Shown here one piece after another: positions 1-12,400 of a stretch of 64,000 nucleotides of DNA. The stretch's first letter is position 1. Every line of letters begins with the position of its first letter. This DNA is from Eukaryota sp. GEM-RC1 (lineage: Eukaryota). The position numbers and the translations under genes were made by a program. The DNA lies in assembly GCA_040285855.1 (NCBI GenBank), contig JAUFOQ010000016.1, positions 1,674,001 through 1,738,000 on the forward strand, written 5' to 3'. The notes beneath the pieces were generated by a model, which was not told where the DNA came from, made no database searches, and worked only from the letters and a program-made list of their open reading frames with translations.

Positions 1-1
1 T

Positions 2-310
2 ACTCAACAGAGGCAATTAACATCACCTGTGCCAGAATCCCAGTTGATTCAGCGTCCTAATATTCTTCCTTCCTCTTTGTCCTGTCTTTCTACTGTAGAA
101 GTTTCTCTTTTAGACGATGCTATTCAAAAGGCACATGCAGTGCTTACACCACGAGAAGAAGTAGCTACGTTGAAAAGTGAAATGTCAGTTAATAGTTGTA
201 GAAAGAGTCGGAGTTTAAAGACATCTGCACGTAATCTGGGTGGTGTTAAGAATGCAAATTTTCTAAAAACTTTAAGATTTGAAAGCAGTCGACTCTCCTC
301 AATAATTTAA
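2..310 (+). CDS. 3' end of an unidentified ORF entering from the left edge
   Basis: Frame is open from position 2 to TAA at 308-310; no recognisable motif. Confidence 0.35.
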   Translation, partial: TQQRQLTSPVPESQLIQRPNILPSSLSCLSTVEVSLLDDAIQKAHAVLTPREEVATLKSEMSVNSCRKSRSLKTSARNLGGVKNANFLKTLRFESSRLSSII

Positions 311-445
311 AAAATTAAAATGTAGAATGAAATTCAAGTATTTTATACAAAATTTACAGATTTATTTACATTTGTTGACTTCCTCTTCTATTTTTCACAA
401 TGAAGTTAGGATCTCCTTTTAATACACTTTGTAAAGCTTTGATTC

Positions 446-3400
446 CTAATTGAGATTTTGAAACCCATTCAACTTTCTTTTGCTCGACTTAATCATCAAT
501 TTGATTGAATCAGTAGACAACTTATCACTTGTTACCTTGGCAATCAACCTCACGTCACTATAATCACTTTCCTTATACACCAAAGGAGAAACACACGTGA
601 GCCCAACCATTCTGATTGATTTTGCCACTTCCATTTGAGCAGGTACAAGGCCGTAATTTGAATACTCAGATCTAAGAACAACAGCAAAGGGAGAACTTAA
701 CGAAGGAGAAGCGAAGTTTAGGAGGGAAGCAAACTTGTTGACATCGAGTTCAAGACCAAAAACAAAAGAATTGTCCTTTTCAAACAAAGCTCCATTAAGA
801 CAGCCCAAACAGGAAATACAACAATCAGATGAACCGTGAATTTTTAAAAATGGTTGTAGTTTTAGATTGGTAGCCAAACCGATTTCGGATGCTAATTTGT
901 AGAAAAATTCAATATTCTCATGATCTTCTGGTTTAGTTGGACTTCCCTTGTAGTTTAATAGGTAAGTTTTGTAAGAAGTGTCTAAACAAGCTCCTGAAGG
1001 TAATGACGGGAATAAAGAGCAACTAAAGTAAATAGTGGGAGGCTCTCGTAGAAATCCAGTTTCTTCGTATAAAAGAGTATAAACAGATTTTAAAAAGGCA
1101 ATGAAATTTAAAATTTTGTCAAAATCACTGTTGAAATGGAAAAATGACTTGGTGTGACATAGGTAGAAGTTCTGTTCACCATTACTCATTAGCTTGAAGG
1201 TTTCAAAGAGAGAATCACAGGAAGTGAAATCATGAGCAATATTGACCAAATAGGAAAGATATTTGAATTGACTGTTCTTTGATCCAGTAATAAAAGCTAA
1301 ATGTTGACCCCCAGATGACGCGGAACTTTCCGTTTCTGGAATTGGAAGAGGAAAGTGATGAGATCCAAGTAACTCCAGCACCGATGTAAAACCCTTCAAA
1401 TATTCCCCAACATTTTTAAAAAATGACAAATCCTTGTCCTGTGTAACAAGAGTCCTCGAACACTGCTTCAAGAAAATCGAATGAACCTCCTGCCAAACAG
1501 CTAAATCTTTCAACTGAGTTAACTGTTCCAGAATAGAAGGTATTGGGATCTTATTAAAACACTCTGAAAAAATCTCTTGAGCTGAAGGTCTTTGAGATGG
1601 ATCCACGTGAGTCATTCTCCTAATCATTTGGGAAACTGTTGGATACTCAGAGACAAGCTGAGGGGGGAGGTCGTTTTCATAAATCTTTGATAGAAGACGG
1701 ATGCGTTCAGAAGCGGTAACGCAAGGGTAGAATATTTCAAAAACAATCAGGCCTGCAGAGTAGATATCAACTTTCGAAGTAGAGATCAACTCTTCTTGAG
1801 CACGAAGCTCAGGTGCCATGTAAAGAGAAGTTCCTGCAGCAACAGTGGTTCCAGTGTGATTGACAGAAGAGATCGTTAGTCCAAAATCACCAATTTTGAT
1901 CACGCCAATGTTGTCGTTGGGTAAGAGCTCAGTGATTGAACCTCTTCGTTTACCTTCCTCAGACTCAGTTGCTTGAAGGAAGATATTAGCTGGTTTAAGA
2001 TCTCGATGGATCATAGAATGACTGTGAATATCAACTAGTCCAAGTATCAACTCTTTGAATAACCTAAACTTAGTATCACTAGAAAAGAAGGACTTGTGAA
2101 CAAACTGCCGTTCAATAGCATCCTTGAGAGTATCTGTACAATATTCCATTTGGATTAAAAGGACTGTCTGCTGGTGTTCATCGAATTGTTCAAGGTCTGT
2201 AGTGGTGGGAGTTGAAATTGAAGCTAATGGAGAAGTATGAACGAGGGGTTGGCATTGATCACAACTAATGATGGAGTCCTCGTCAATGTCATCGAAACTA
2301 TGTCTTGCGGATCGTGAAGGTGATGATTTGATTGATTGGTCAGGTGAATGTGATTGAAAGACAATAAAAGAGTCGTCATCAACGTCATCGACACTACTCT
2401 TTCCAGATGGAGAATCTGATGACTCGACAGATTGGTCAGGTGAATGTGATTTAAAGACAATAAAAGAGTCGTCATCAACGTCATCGACACTACTCTTTCC
2501 AGATTCGGAATCTGATGACTCGACAGATTGGTCAGGTGAATGTGATTGAAAAACAATAAAAGAGTCCTGGTCACTCTCATCAAGGTTGTTTTTTCCAGAT
2601 TGGGAAGGAGACATCTTGATGGATTGATCACGTGATTCCGAGTCAAAAACAATAAACGAATTCATATCCCACTGCTCATCCGTCTCCGTATCTGTCTGCT
2701 CAACCTCAGCACTTAAACTGACACTACCATCACCAAACCCACTGCATCTACTTGAAAGTATTGAGACTGACCTCTGCAAGTCAAGATTAGAGGGAGATCT
2801 CAAGTGAAACTGTTCCGCTAGCTGTTGTTGTTGAAGAGTAGGTGTGGGTGAGGCCATAGGAGAGGAGGAGGAACGAATGAGTTCAAGGGCTTGGACAGTA
2901 GACGAGTCAAGCTTATCAATAGACTCTTTCCAAGTGTGATAATATTGTACGACAAAAGGAGAAGAGATTGTGGACAGAGCAACTGATTCCTGGATACACT
3001 CTGCCATTGTGTTGCTGTCACTAATTAGGACTTGTTTAACAGCATAGGTTTTTCCATCAAGCAGGTTTCGAACTTTGACAACTCTTCCGAACCCTCCTTC
3101 CCCTAGAACGGAGATCTCTTCAAAGCAAGTACGGTAATGAGAGATGAAGTGCTGGAGGTCTGGGGAGAATGAGTTGTAAGAGAAAGGAGTAGCGCACGTG
3201 TCGACGGCAGAGGAAGAGGTGACAACAGAAGTTGGAGTGGGATTGCGAGGGGGGAGAATACGTTCTTGTTGTTGTCTAGCTTTCTTCATGGTGATGTGAT
3301 CACTGTTGGTGGTAGTTCTGTCATGGGCAATGGTGAGGCTTGATTGGTCTTCTAGGAGGGGAACTTTTAAGGAGTCAAGGAACTCACGGATTTTGTAGCA

Positions 3401-3679
3401 AAGTATGACAAGCATTGGCTCGCCTAGAAGCGGAGGGACTGTAGTGGAGATGAAGGTGTTCAGTTCAGATTGCACAGGAAAAGACAAAGTGGGTACTTCA
3501 AACGAGGGAGCATCATTGGGGTAGGTAGAGGGGACGGAAAAGCGTCCTCGAACGTTGATAAATTGGATGGGTAAATCTATCTCAATGACAACGGGAAAAA
3601 CACCAGATATTATATGTACATTGGGTGAAACGAGAAGCTGAAGGTGCTGAGTTTCTTCTTCAAGAAAATCGACGGTCAT
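446..3679 (-). CDS. GCN2: eIF2-alpha kinase, GCN2-like (RWD domain, kinase with long acidic insert, degenerate C-terminal region)
   Basis: RWD-like YPNDAP...LLGEPML; kinase motifs LGEGGFGRV, YAVK, VVQYY, LIQMEYC, HRDLKPANIF, DFGL, GTSLYMAPE. Start taken at MTVDF (3679); an in-frame ATG also exists at 3727. Confidence 0.85.
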   Translation of the reverse strand: MTVDFLEEETQHLQLLVSPNVHIISGVFPVVIEIDLPIQFINVRGRFSVPSTYPNDAPSFEVPTLSFPVQSELNTFISTTVPPLLGEPMLVILCYKIREFLDSLKVPLLEDQSSLTIAHDRTTTNSDHITMKKARQQQERILPPRNPTPTSVVTSSSAVDTCATPFSYNSFSPDLQHFISHYRTCFEEISVLGEGGFGRVVKVRNLLDGKTYAVKQVLISDSNTMAECIQESVALSTISSPFVVQYYHTWKESIDKLDSSTVQALELIRSSSSPMASPTPTLQQQQLAEQFHLRSPSNLDLQRSVSILSSRCSGFGDGSVSLSAEVEQTDTETDEQWDMNSFIVFDSESRDQSIKMSPSQSGKNNLDESDQDSFIVFQSHSPDQSVESSDSESGKSSVDDVDDDSFIVFKSHSPDQSVESSDSPSGKSSVDDVDDDSFIVFQSHSPDQSIKSSPSRSARHSFDDIDEDSIISCDQCQPLVHTSPLASISTPTTTDLEQFDEHQQTVLLIQMEYCTDTLKDAIERQFVHKSFFSSDTKFRLFKELILGLVDIHSHSMIHRDLKPANIFLQATESEEGKRRGSITELLPNDNIGVIKIGDFGLTISSVNHTGTTVAAGTSLYMAPELRAQEELISTSKVDIYSAGLIVFEIFYPCVTASERIRLLSKIYENDLPPQLVSEYPTVSQMIRRMTHVDPSQRPSAQEIFSECFNKIPIPSILEQLTQLKDLAVWQEVHSIFLKQCSRTLVTQDKDLSFFKNVGEYLKGFTSVLELLGSHHFPLPIPETESSASSGGQHLAFITGSKNSQFKYLSYLVNIAHDFTSCDSLFETFKLMSNGEQNFYLCHTKSFFHFNSDFDKILNFIAFLKSVYTLLYEETGFLREPPTIYFSCSLFPSLPSGACLDTSYKTYLLNYKGSPTKPEDHENIEFFYKLASEIGLATNLKLQPFLKIHGSSDCCISCLGCLNGALFEKDNSFVFGLELDVNKFASLLNFASPSLSSPFAVVLRSEYSNYGLVPAQMEVAKSIRMVGLTCVSPLVYKESDYSDVRLIAKVTSDKLSTDSIKLMIKSSKRKLNGFQNLN
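2334..2566. repeat. 96-bp coding tandem repeat (32 aa, SFIVFQSHSPDQSVESSDS.SGKSSVDDVDDD) in the kinase insert
   Basis: GATTGGTCAGGTGAATGTGAT recurs at 2334, 2430 and 2526. Confidence 0.9.
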
Positions 3680-3749
3680 CAAAGAACATTGGTTGAAAAG
3701 AATGCCGGAACAAAAAACACGTGTCATAAATTTCTAATAGTACAACGTG

Positions 3750-3807
3750 CAAATGTTGTAGTTACAAATGATGTCATTACAAATGTTGTAGTTACAAATG
3801 TTGTCAT
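3750..3807. repeat. 15-bp minisatellite, 4 units with 30-bp super-period, upstream of the kinase
   Basis: CAAATG(T/A)TGT(A/C)(G/A)TTA units at 3750, 3765, 3780, 3795. Confidence 0.85.
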
Positions 3808-4001
3808 GTATTTAAGGAGTGGTATTCGTTGGCTGTGATAGCATTGTTAGTTAAGTTTGATAAATTGAGATTGTCTATTTTAATGTTTGTGTTTAACGAC
3901 ATTACATATAGAAGCAAAAATTATCAGCAACAACAATTTAATACACATACGACACTTTCATTGAGATGGATAGAGCTGTAACTTAAATGTAATTGTCAAT
4001 G

Positions 4002-4051
4002 CATGATCTTCTGGTTTAGTTGGACTTCCCTTGTAGTTTAATAGGTAAGTT
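4002..4051 (+). repeat. 50-bp exact dispersed copy of kinase coding sequence 919-968
   Basis: CATGATCTTCTGGTTTAGTTGGACTTCCCTTGTAGTTTAATAGGTAAGTT is present at both loci. Confidence 0.9.
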
Positions 4052-4207
4052 AATACCTAACACATGACGATGGTTTCCGACAAATTACTGAATGTTGATG
4101 ATGCCAAACAAAAGTCAATAAATAAATTCGTTTTAACAACTAAAAAAAGACTACTAGAAATAAATGAACAAAAATGAGTATTCGAAGCATGTTTACGTCA
4201 ACAAATC

Positions 4208-5928
4208 TCACGGAAATGCACAACCATTAACAGAGTCCTCTGCAAACAACATGACAAAACTACAAGCTGGATAGCTATTACAAACAAAGAAAACTTCATC
4301 CTTGCCTACTCCATCAATAATTCTAGCACGACTAACTGGTTGCCGATGAATTGGACAAGTGATTGCAGAGTAGTTCATTGATATCGATTTTTGATTGCTA
4401 ACGATATATTGACTACAATCAAATTCACGTTTGCATATTTTTTTAGGCATTTGAGATAATGGTGGCCCTCTAGTTTCTTTAAGATTGTGATCCGGACCAC
4501 GCAGAGCTAATGATAAAACTGCAAGATCCTTATGAAGATTAGCAAACATTTCAGGACAAATTCCTCTAATCCAAGTTAAAGCCACGGGATGAACTTTAAT
4601 AGATTTCTGACTAAACGCCAACAAATGAAGATTCTCCATCGAAGGACATCTACTGAGAGCCACATAGAACTGAGCAGACTCAAACACATCCTGCAGGGAA
4701 GTTGCCATCTTCTCCACAGTCATTCCCTGTGATTTATGTATGGTAATAGACCAAGCCAGCTTCAATGGAATCTGCGAACGACTAGCGACAGTTATCCCCT
4801 TATCTTCTATTTGAAAAGTATGTCGTTCAATGGTTTTGATACACCCTGAAGCAAATTTGACTTGAGGCATTCTATTATCAAACCCAATCACGACTCCACG
4901 AGCCCCATTACACAAAGAGTCAGAAACACTTAAGTTTTTGACCAGCATGACCTGGGCTCCCACTTTAAGAGTAATCTTATCAGGAATAAAGCCTGCTAAT
5001 TGATTTCTAAAGCTTCGTTGTTCCTTCCCACCATCCTGAGCTTCATAGGTCATTTGTTCAGAAGTTCTTGGTAGTTGTTGCAATCGTTTCAAATTCTCAG
5101 CGTCAACGTCCTTGTTGGTACAATATAACAGTGTATGTTCGATTTCAGAAAGTCTGTCAGTGGAGGGGCTACAATTAATTGAATCAATTTCAGATATTGT
5201 CTTTTGGTAAATTTTGTTGAGCATCTTAATAACTGGCGGTGAGGTGTCACCAACACGAATGAGCTTTAATAATGAAATAAAAACAGGATCAACTTGCCTA
5301 ATACACTGTTTGAGCTCTATTACTTGATCTATGACTCCGGGCCAAGACTCAGCTTGAAAGGCAAATGGGGTCTGTTTTCGAGCTGGTTTGACTGGTGGAA
5401 GTTGAAGGAAATCTCCAAATAAAATGAGCTGAATTCCTCCAAAAGGACGGTTGTTTTGTCTCACAGTGCGAGCAATGTCTTCAAGTAGATCAAAAAGGCA
5501 CTGTCAACCATAGAGATTTCATCAATAATGAGGACTCTGATTTCCTTCCAGCGTTGTTTTTTAGTTCTTGGCATCTTTCTGACTAGACCTCTGACATCTG
5601 AATCATCAGTGGTTATTCCTATACCGGCAAAAGAATGTAAGGTGATACCAGAGACTTGTACAGCTGCAATACCAGTAGATGCAGTAACGACAACGTGGTC
5701 GCCATGAAGTTCACGAAGTCGGGAAACAACATAGCGAAGAGCAAATGATTTTCCTGTTCCTGCACCTCCAGAGACGAGAAAAGAACTTCCAGATTCAGCA
5801 AGCGTCAGTACTTTCTGTTGTTCTTCAGTGAGAGTGATTGTTTCATCTAATGTTGGTTGAGACTCATGTAACGGAGAAGAGAAGTCAGATAATGTAAGAT
5901 CAAGGTCAGATGAGGAGGTGAAAGTCAT
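4208..5928 (-). CDS. PIF1: PIF1-family 5'-3' DNA helicase with C-terminal zinc-finger-like tail; one frameshift near 5495
   Basis: GGAGTGKS, ASTGIAA, TLHSFAGIG, IIDEISMV, PFGGIQLILFGDFLQLPPV, LAWSITIHKSQG, QFYVALSR. Adding one T to the T5 run gives MVDSAFFDLLEDIARTVRQN. Confidence 0.92.
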
Positions 5929-6152
5929 TATGGGAACATTCGATAAGAGAGGGCAGGTAAAAATTACAATGTACATTTCCAATGTTTACCAGAAATGTTG
6001 CATTATGCGATGGTCATTCGATCAATTAGTGTGTTCGAAGGTATAAAATGCTGCAAATGGCATAATCAAGGTATTATATAGTCAAATTAAAGTGTGAGAA
6101 GTTACAAAAGAAGCACAAAGACCTTTTGATTCAATTTTCTTACTCTACTAAA

Positions 6153-6558
6153 ATGGTGTCTTCCAAAGCCTTCCCCCCTCGCTGATGGTGATCTTACTGT
6201 TTCTATTTTGGATTTAGTTCAACAAGCTCAACAGTACAAACAGTTAAAGAAGGGAGCGAATGAAGCTACCAAGGCACTGAATCGCGGTATAGCAGAAGTC
6301 ATTGTCATGGCAGCGGACGCAGAACCTATTGAAATAGTCTTGCATCTACCGTTGCTGTGTGAAGATAAAGTTTGTCTTTCTTCATATCTCTCACAGTAGA
6401 ACGTTCCTTATGTTTTTGTTCCTTCAAAAATGGCCCTCGGTAGAGCGTGCGGGGTTTCCCGTAATGTTATTGCTTGCTCAATCAACTCAATTGAACAGTC
6501 GCCGCTCAAGAGCCAGATTTCGCAACTCAAGATCGCAGTTGAGAAGCTGTTGTTGTAA
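6153..6558 (+). CDS. SNU13: Snu13/15.5K (L7Ae family) U4/U6 and box C/D snoRNP protein; one intron, one extra C near 6175
   Basis: KAFPLAD...[16 protein letters not shown]...[41 protein letters not shown], ending TAA at 6556-6558. Confidence 0.95.
6370..6399 (+). other. 30-nt spliceosomal intron (GTTTGT...CTCAC-AGTAG)
   Basis: Removal joins CEDK to NVPYVF; a retained intron ends in an in-frame TAG. Confidence 0.9.
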
Positions 6559-6698
6559 GGTCTTATCTTCTCAACCGTTCTTATCTAGTCTTTTCTTAGC
6601 ATTTTGAAACAAGGCAATGCCATTCTAGTTCATTGCTTTATGTTATTTAATACAGTCATGTTATAATACAAAATACTTAAATAAACTACAGATGTACA

Positions 6699-9103
6699 TC
6701 ATCGTCGCATATTCCGTCGTTGTCCCTTCTTCTTATCCAATTCCGGCAGATTTGACATTCGAGGATCTTTTCTCAACCTTTCTGTTTCATCAACGTACTT
6801 CTGTGTGGCACTTTTCTCTATTTCAGCAAGTCTCATAGTAGCTACTTGAATTCTCAAATCACATTGGCTGATTGTCTCTTCCATGGCGCTACTGTTGGAT
6901 TCAAATCCAGTTTTCCAAGAATTTTGAATTTTTGCTAAACTTTCCTTCTCCTTCTGCAATCTGGCTTCTACAATAGCTGCCTTTTCAACCAGCCTTCGAC
7001 TAACTGCTCCCAAATATTGTTCCTTAACTTGGAGAGCAGAACGAGGTGATAAAGGCCCAGAATTGGAATCATAATGAGAGGGAAGAAATGGTTCCAAAAC
7101 ATCATCTGTGGTCACGTCATTATTCTGAGCCAATGACGTTTCCAATTCAAGACTCTTACCACTGATTTCAGCCTTAACAACAGTGTCCAAAGAAAGAAAT
7201 GACTGAAACACTTCTTTCCAGTGGTCCAGCTCAGCAATCAAATCACGACTAAAATCAAGAATAGAGTTCTCAATCTTCTTGATTTTGACTGCCATTTCAT
7301 GTTCTTCAGGAGGAATTCCAGTATTATCATTTTGAACTAAGGTCTGAAGCCGCGGTACTTCCACCTGTTCATGTAACAGCGCATTCTGACGTCTATGGAA
7401 GGTAACGTTAACAGTAGCTCCAATATAATCAATCACAATCTTCATGATATGCCTATCAACAAAAGCAACAATATCAGTAGACTTATGTGGTGACGTCGTG
7501 AGTTTGTAATCAATGGTGATATTTCGAAGATAGCTTCCTCCAATGGAAGTGGGAGGAGCAGATGAAGGCATGAAGGCTCGCTCTTGTTCAAATTCATCAT
7601 GTGTTAGAGTGGAAAGAGATATGGAAACAAGACCTTCTGAGTGATTGGAATAATTCAAAACCATTAAATCTTTGGATAACACAATAGAGCTCAGAGAGTC
7701 AGCTCGATGATGATGGTCGAAACTAATCAGAGACCTCCACGCAGAGTTTTTAAAAGTAGAGAGAAACTTGCCAACTCCATCGCCATCACCTGATTGACCT
7801 TCAACGTCAGTGATGAACTGATTGAATTCTGGAACTTTGAAAAAGTATCTCATGGATTTTAAGGATCCACAAACTGATGGGAAGTAATAGAACTCTGTCA
7901 GTAAACAGTTACACTCAGGATATAAGTGCAGCTCATCGGTTTCCTTATTTGATACAATCACTCTCTTAGTGAGCGAGTCTATACGATTCTGATACAAATC
8001 AACAAGTTTCTGATAGTTATTGGTCGTATATCTTTCAATCAACCCATCAGATCGATATCCCTTGGTCCATCTACTCAGAATTCCATCAGAATATTTCCTG
8101 GAATTAAAATATTTTGGAAATTTCTTCTTGAAATGATTGCCAGTTAACACTAGCTTTGATAAAACCATCTGAGGTACCTTAACTTTCTTCTCTCCCCCAA
8201 TGACGTCAACATCATCGTCATCTTCAAAAATAGCTTCCCAATTGCTTGAGCTCAGATCATAATCAAGGTCAGCACAACCTTCCTCACACGATTGCAAATT
8301 GACCCAGATATTTTCATGATTAAAAACCAATTCAAGACCATCAAATAGTTCTGACTCAGGTCCATAAATGTTACCAGTTCCTACATCTATAAAGAATGGG
8401 GTAGTAACAGAACGAGCAGACGGGAGGACAATGACCCAGGAGTGGACATAACGGCCACTGAGAGGGTCGTCAGGATCATGGAGAACAGCAGTAGGATTGG
8501 TGTTAGATGAATTGGTGGCAGAACTGTCTTCTTGTCGGGAGTTTCGGTCCAGAAAAGAAGATTTGAGAGTGATTCTAGGTGGGATTTGGTAAGGATTATT
8601 TGAAGAGTCTGGACGAGTAGATGAATCAGATGAGGATGCATTCTTAGGGGTAGATGTTGGGGAATTGGTTGAAAAGGGAGCAGATAGGTTAGTGAATTGT
8701 TGTTGGGCTAACAGTTTGTTAGCATATCCATAAGCCACAACGTTGTTGTAACCAACCCCTGAAAGGATGGAACTCAAAAGGATAGCAGATGAAAATATAT
8801 CTCCTTTTGCTGATCAAGAACAGTCTGAGGAGTTTGAATCATATCAGGAGGTTCCGTGGGATCACTTAGAGGAGAAATGTCAATGAAGTCAGAGATCCAT
8901 TTTGCTGCAGATTCAGCATAATAATGTTCACTGAAAGGCAATTGTGATGGCCTGAATAAGCAGCATACTACGTGCCGGACTCTATTTTCGTCTAAAGGGG
9001 CAAGAAAAAGTTTACGTCTTCCTGGGAAGAGCTGCCTAAATTGCTTATCAAAGTGTCTGACATAAGATAGAGCCAGCTCTTCAGGAGAAGGATCAATGGA
9101 CAT
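6699..9103 (-). CDS. DRC7: Dynein regulatory complex subunit 7 (CCDC135); frameshift near 8805
   Basis: F...FRQLFPGRRKLFLAPLDEN, VCCLFRPSQLP, TPQTVLDQQKG, VHSWVIVLP...PFFIDVGTG, LELVFNHENIWVNLQ, C-terminal coiled coil ending LRKDPRM. Confidence 0.85.
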
Positions 9104-9445
9104 TAGCAATTGATTAGAGACGAAATTTTTTCTTTCAATAGCACATAATGATCATTCTGATTGACGACGTGGCGTTTGTAAATACATTGCACAAGCTGAT
9201 TTTAGTTTAAATTATCTCGAAAAATATGCTTTACAGCAATCTTTTAAAAAATTCAAAGCAAGAAGATCTAGACAAACAAACTCACGAAAGCCTTTCCTAA
9301 TAAAACAAATACAACAAGAACTTCATCAGAACTTTTCTAGTTCCAAGGAAATATAGGGTTAAGTTGACGCATTCTACATGTAGATTGAAATATTGCTTGA
9401 TGACAGACTGCAAACAGGAAATTTCCGGACAAAATACTTCGTTGT

Positions 9446-12400
9446 ATGGCTTCAACGACAGCTCTTTCAGTTCTTCAGCTTCTACGAAAGACCTTCCCTG
9501 AAGACATTGAGCTGGCTTCGTCAGACTCGTCGTCTTCCCTTATTTCATTACTACATAAACATGTGACAGATAATAATCTTGTGTCTGTGTCTGCCATTCT
9601 TGACTTTCTATCATCACACTTCGCCAGCGCTTCTGATACCATCATTGATTCGCAGGATTTTTCCGGTATGACCCCCCTTCATATCGCCACAATCCGGGGT
9701 TATGACCAAATTGTTGTGCTCCTCCTCCAAGCAAATGCTGATCCTTCAGTTTTCGACAATGATGGCATGACTTGTCTCCACTATGCGGCCGCGGATGGTC
9801 GAACTTGTATTGTTCGTGAACTCATCTGCTCCGATCGTGTCCCTATTTTCATCACAGACCGTTCTGACAACGAAGAAACCCCTCTTCATCACGCTACACG
9901 TAACTCTCATCTGGGAGCCATAACGGAACTTCTAATATCTAACGGAAATGGACATGACATTGATACTCCCAACTCCTTAGGTCAAACAGCACTCCACCTT
10001 GCTTGTCTTGAATGCAACGTCGCTACTGTCAGAGTTCTCCTTCATCACGGAGCCAGTGTTGACGCTTCTGACAATAATCTTCGCCAACCTCTCCACTATG
10101 CTGCTTTCCAAGGATGTACTGAAGTCGTAAAGCTGCTTGTTGAAAACGAAGCCATGATAGACGTCCCAGATCTCAACAGCATTACTCCAATTGCTCTAGC
10201 TGCTGGCTGTCCTGAGGGATATGACGCTTTAAAGTATCTCATTGACATTCATACCTCTGATACTGGACCCCTCCCAAACATTACTGGATTTTCTTCAGAT
10301 ACTTCCTCTTGTAATGTTTCAAACGCCGTCTGGAGTGACAGTACGCAACCCACTGAAAAACTACCAGTACATGATGAACCATCGACATCAGAATCAGTTA
10401 CAGACTCATTCACAGACTCTGAACGGAAGTTTAACCTAATGAAGGGCGATGATGAAGGCAAGGGCGCTATCCTCCAACAGTTACTCTCTCTAGTTGACTT
10501 CTCGGGTGCTTCTGTTCTTCGGTATGCTACAATCAGTGGAAACTTAGACTCTGTTAAGTTGTTGATTAACTATGGCGCTGATCCGACCTTCTTTGAATCT
10601 TGCCTGGATTCTGATTCTGTCTCCAAGATAGCAGTGGTACCATTAGCTGCAGCTGCTGAAATGGGCCATTACGAAATAGTAAAGTACCTTGTTGAGGAAG
10701 TTAAGTGTGACAAGAGTCTGGTTGATTTCAATGAGTGTAGTGCAGCTCATTACGCGGCAATTGGTGACGTGTGTGATCAGCATTTTATTACGACTACTAA
10801 ACCGGAGTCGTCCGTACGCCAACATTTTGTAAAGATTTCTAATTCCTATCTAAAACTCAAATGTTCGTCCCTTCGTTGTTCCCTCCGGTGTCTCTTCTAT
10901 CTCCACCGTAGAGGAATGTCCTTTGACCATCCGGATAACGAAGGAATGTTACCACTGCATATGGCTTGTGGAAAGGACGTGCTTGTATCGCTGCCTTCTT
11001 CCTCTCTCTTGGAATTAAGGTTAACAGTGAGAATGCGTCTGGAGATACAGCGCTGGGTTTTGCTGCTTTAGCCAATCAACCTAAAATGATTGATGAGCTG
11101 GTACGATTGGCCCCTGATTTGGAAATCGACCACGTCAACTTTAATGGTGATACCCCTATAATCACTGCTGTAAAGGAAGGATCTTTGGATGCTGTTGTAA
11201 AACTGATTGAACATGAGGCTAATTATAAGGTTGTTGATGAAGATGGGCGTACGTTGGGTCATATTAGTCTGATGAATTCTCAAGAAGCAGTTGCCGAGTA
11301 TTTGATTGATCACGATTTGATTTCGCCCCTTGCCAAGGACAAGGAAGGAGTTACAGTGTTTCATTTGGCTGCGGAGAATGGATCTCAATCGCTGTTGGAG
11401 AAACTGTTGGGTAAAGTTAAATCAGATTTGCCAGAAATTTTGAAAAACAATCAACTTCTGGATAAGTTGAATCGATCACCATTACATGTGTCAATTTTGT
11501 CCAAAAATTTCAATATTTCCAAACGGTTCTTAGAAGCTGGCTTCAATCCCAATGCTGAGATGAAATACGTTGCCAAAGTTAAAAATGCACAAAAATTTGA
11601 TAGTTCTGTCGCCGAATCAGTTCTGGCTCATAAGAACCTTTTAAAAGCTGCCAAAACCCCGATTCACCTCAGTATTGCCCTCCAGTCAATCCCCCTCTTC
11701 AAACTTTTATTAAAATTCGGAGCTGATATTTCTAAAAAAGTCTTTTGGGGCTTTTACTTGTCTTCACCTCGGAGTTTTGACTGACAACACTGAACTATTT
11801 AAACTAATCCTCGTGGAATACCAACTCCTGAGCCCTGAAGATGACGTGAAACCTTCTTCTGATTGGGTTTTGGGAGAGAAGTGTGGAGTAGGGAAGACTG
11901 CAATGGAGTTGGCTTTGGATTCTAAGTGTGGGAATACTATTAAGTTGTTAACTCGTGTAATTAAACTGTCTGCGCCTCAATCACACTCGTCATCACTCGC
12001 TTCATTGGATCAATCACATGACGTGCAGACGGATTCAGCAAATGATGGAGATGTGTCGATGTTTTTCGATCCGGTCAAAACTCTGATTGCGGCTATTTGT
12101 AAGGGAAATGAAACGTTGGTATCTCTAACAATTTCACAGGTTTTAAAAATGGACAATTTTAATATTAACGGTCTATTATTCCGATGGACTAACTTTCTTT
12201 ACACTAACCTAGTTGATTCCACTCTAAGTCTATCTCCTCTTCATATCGCATGTTGTGTTTTAGCTCCGTCTACTCCAAAGATCATTCGTTGTTTGACTCA
12301 TAATCACGCTGATCTTAATTTGGAGATTGATTTCTCTGATTGCAATCCCCTCAATCGTGATTCTTCCTCTGAGCTTCTTTCCTCTTTCTCCAGATCAAAA

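Noticed and set aside
4208..5928. PIF1 as part of a Helitron
   Set aside because: No Rep/HUH domain or Helitron ends seen; it is flanked by ordinary host genes.
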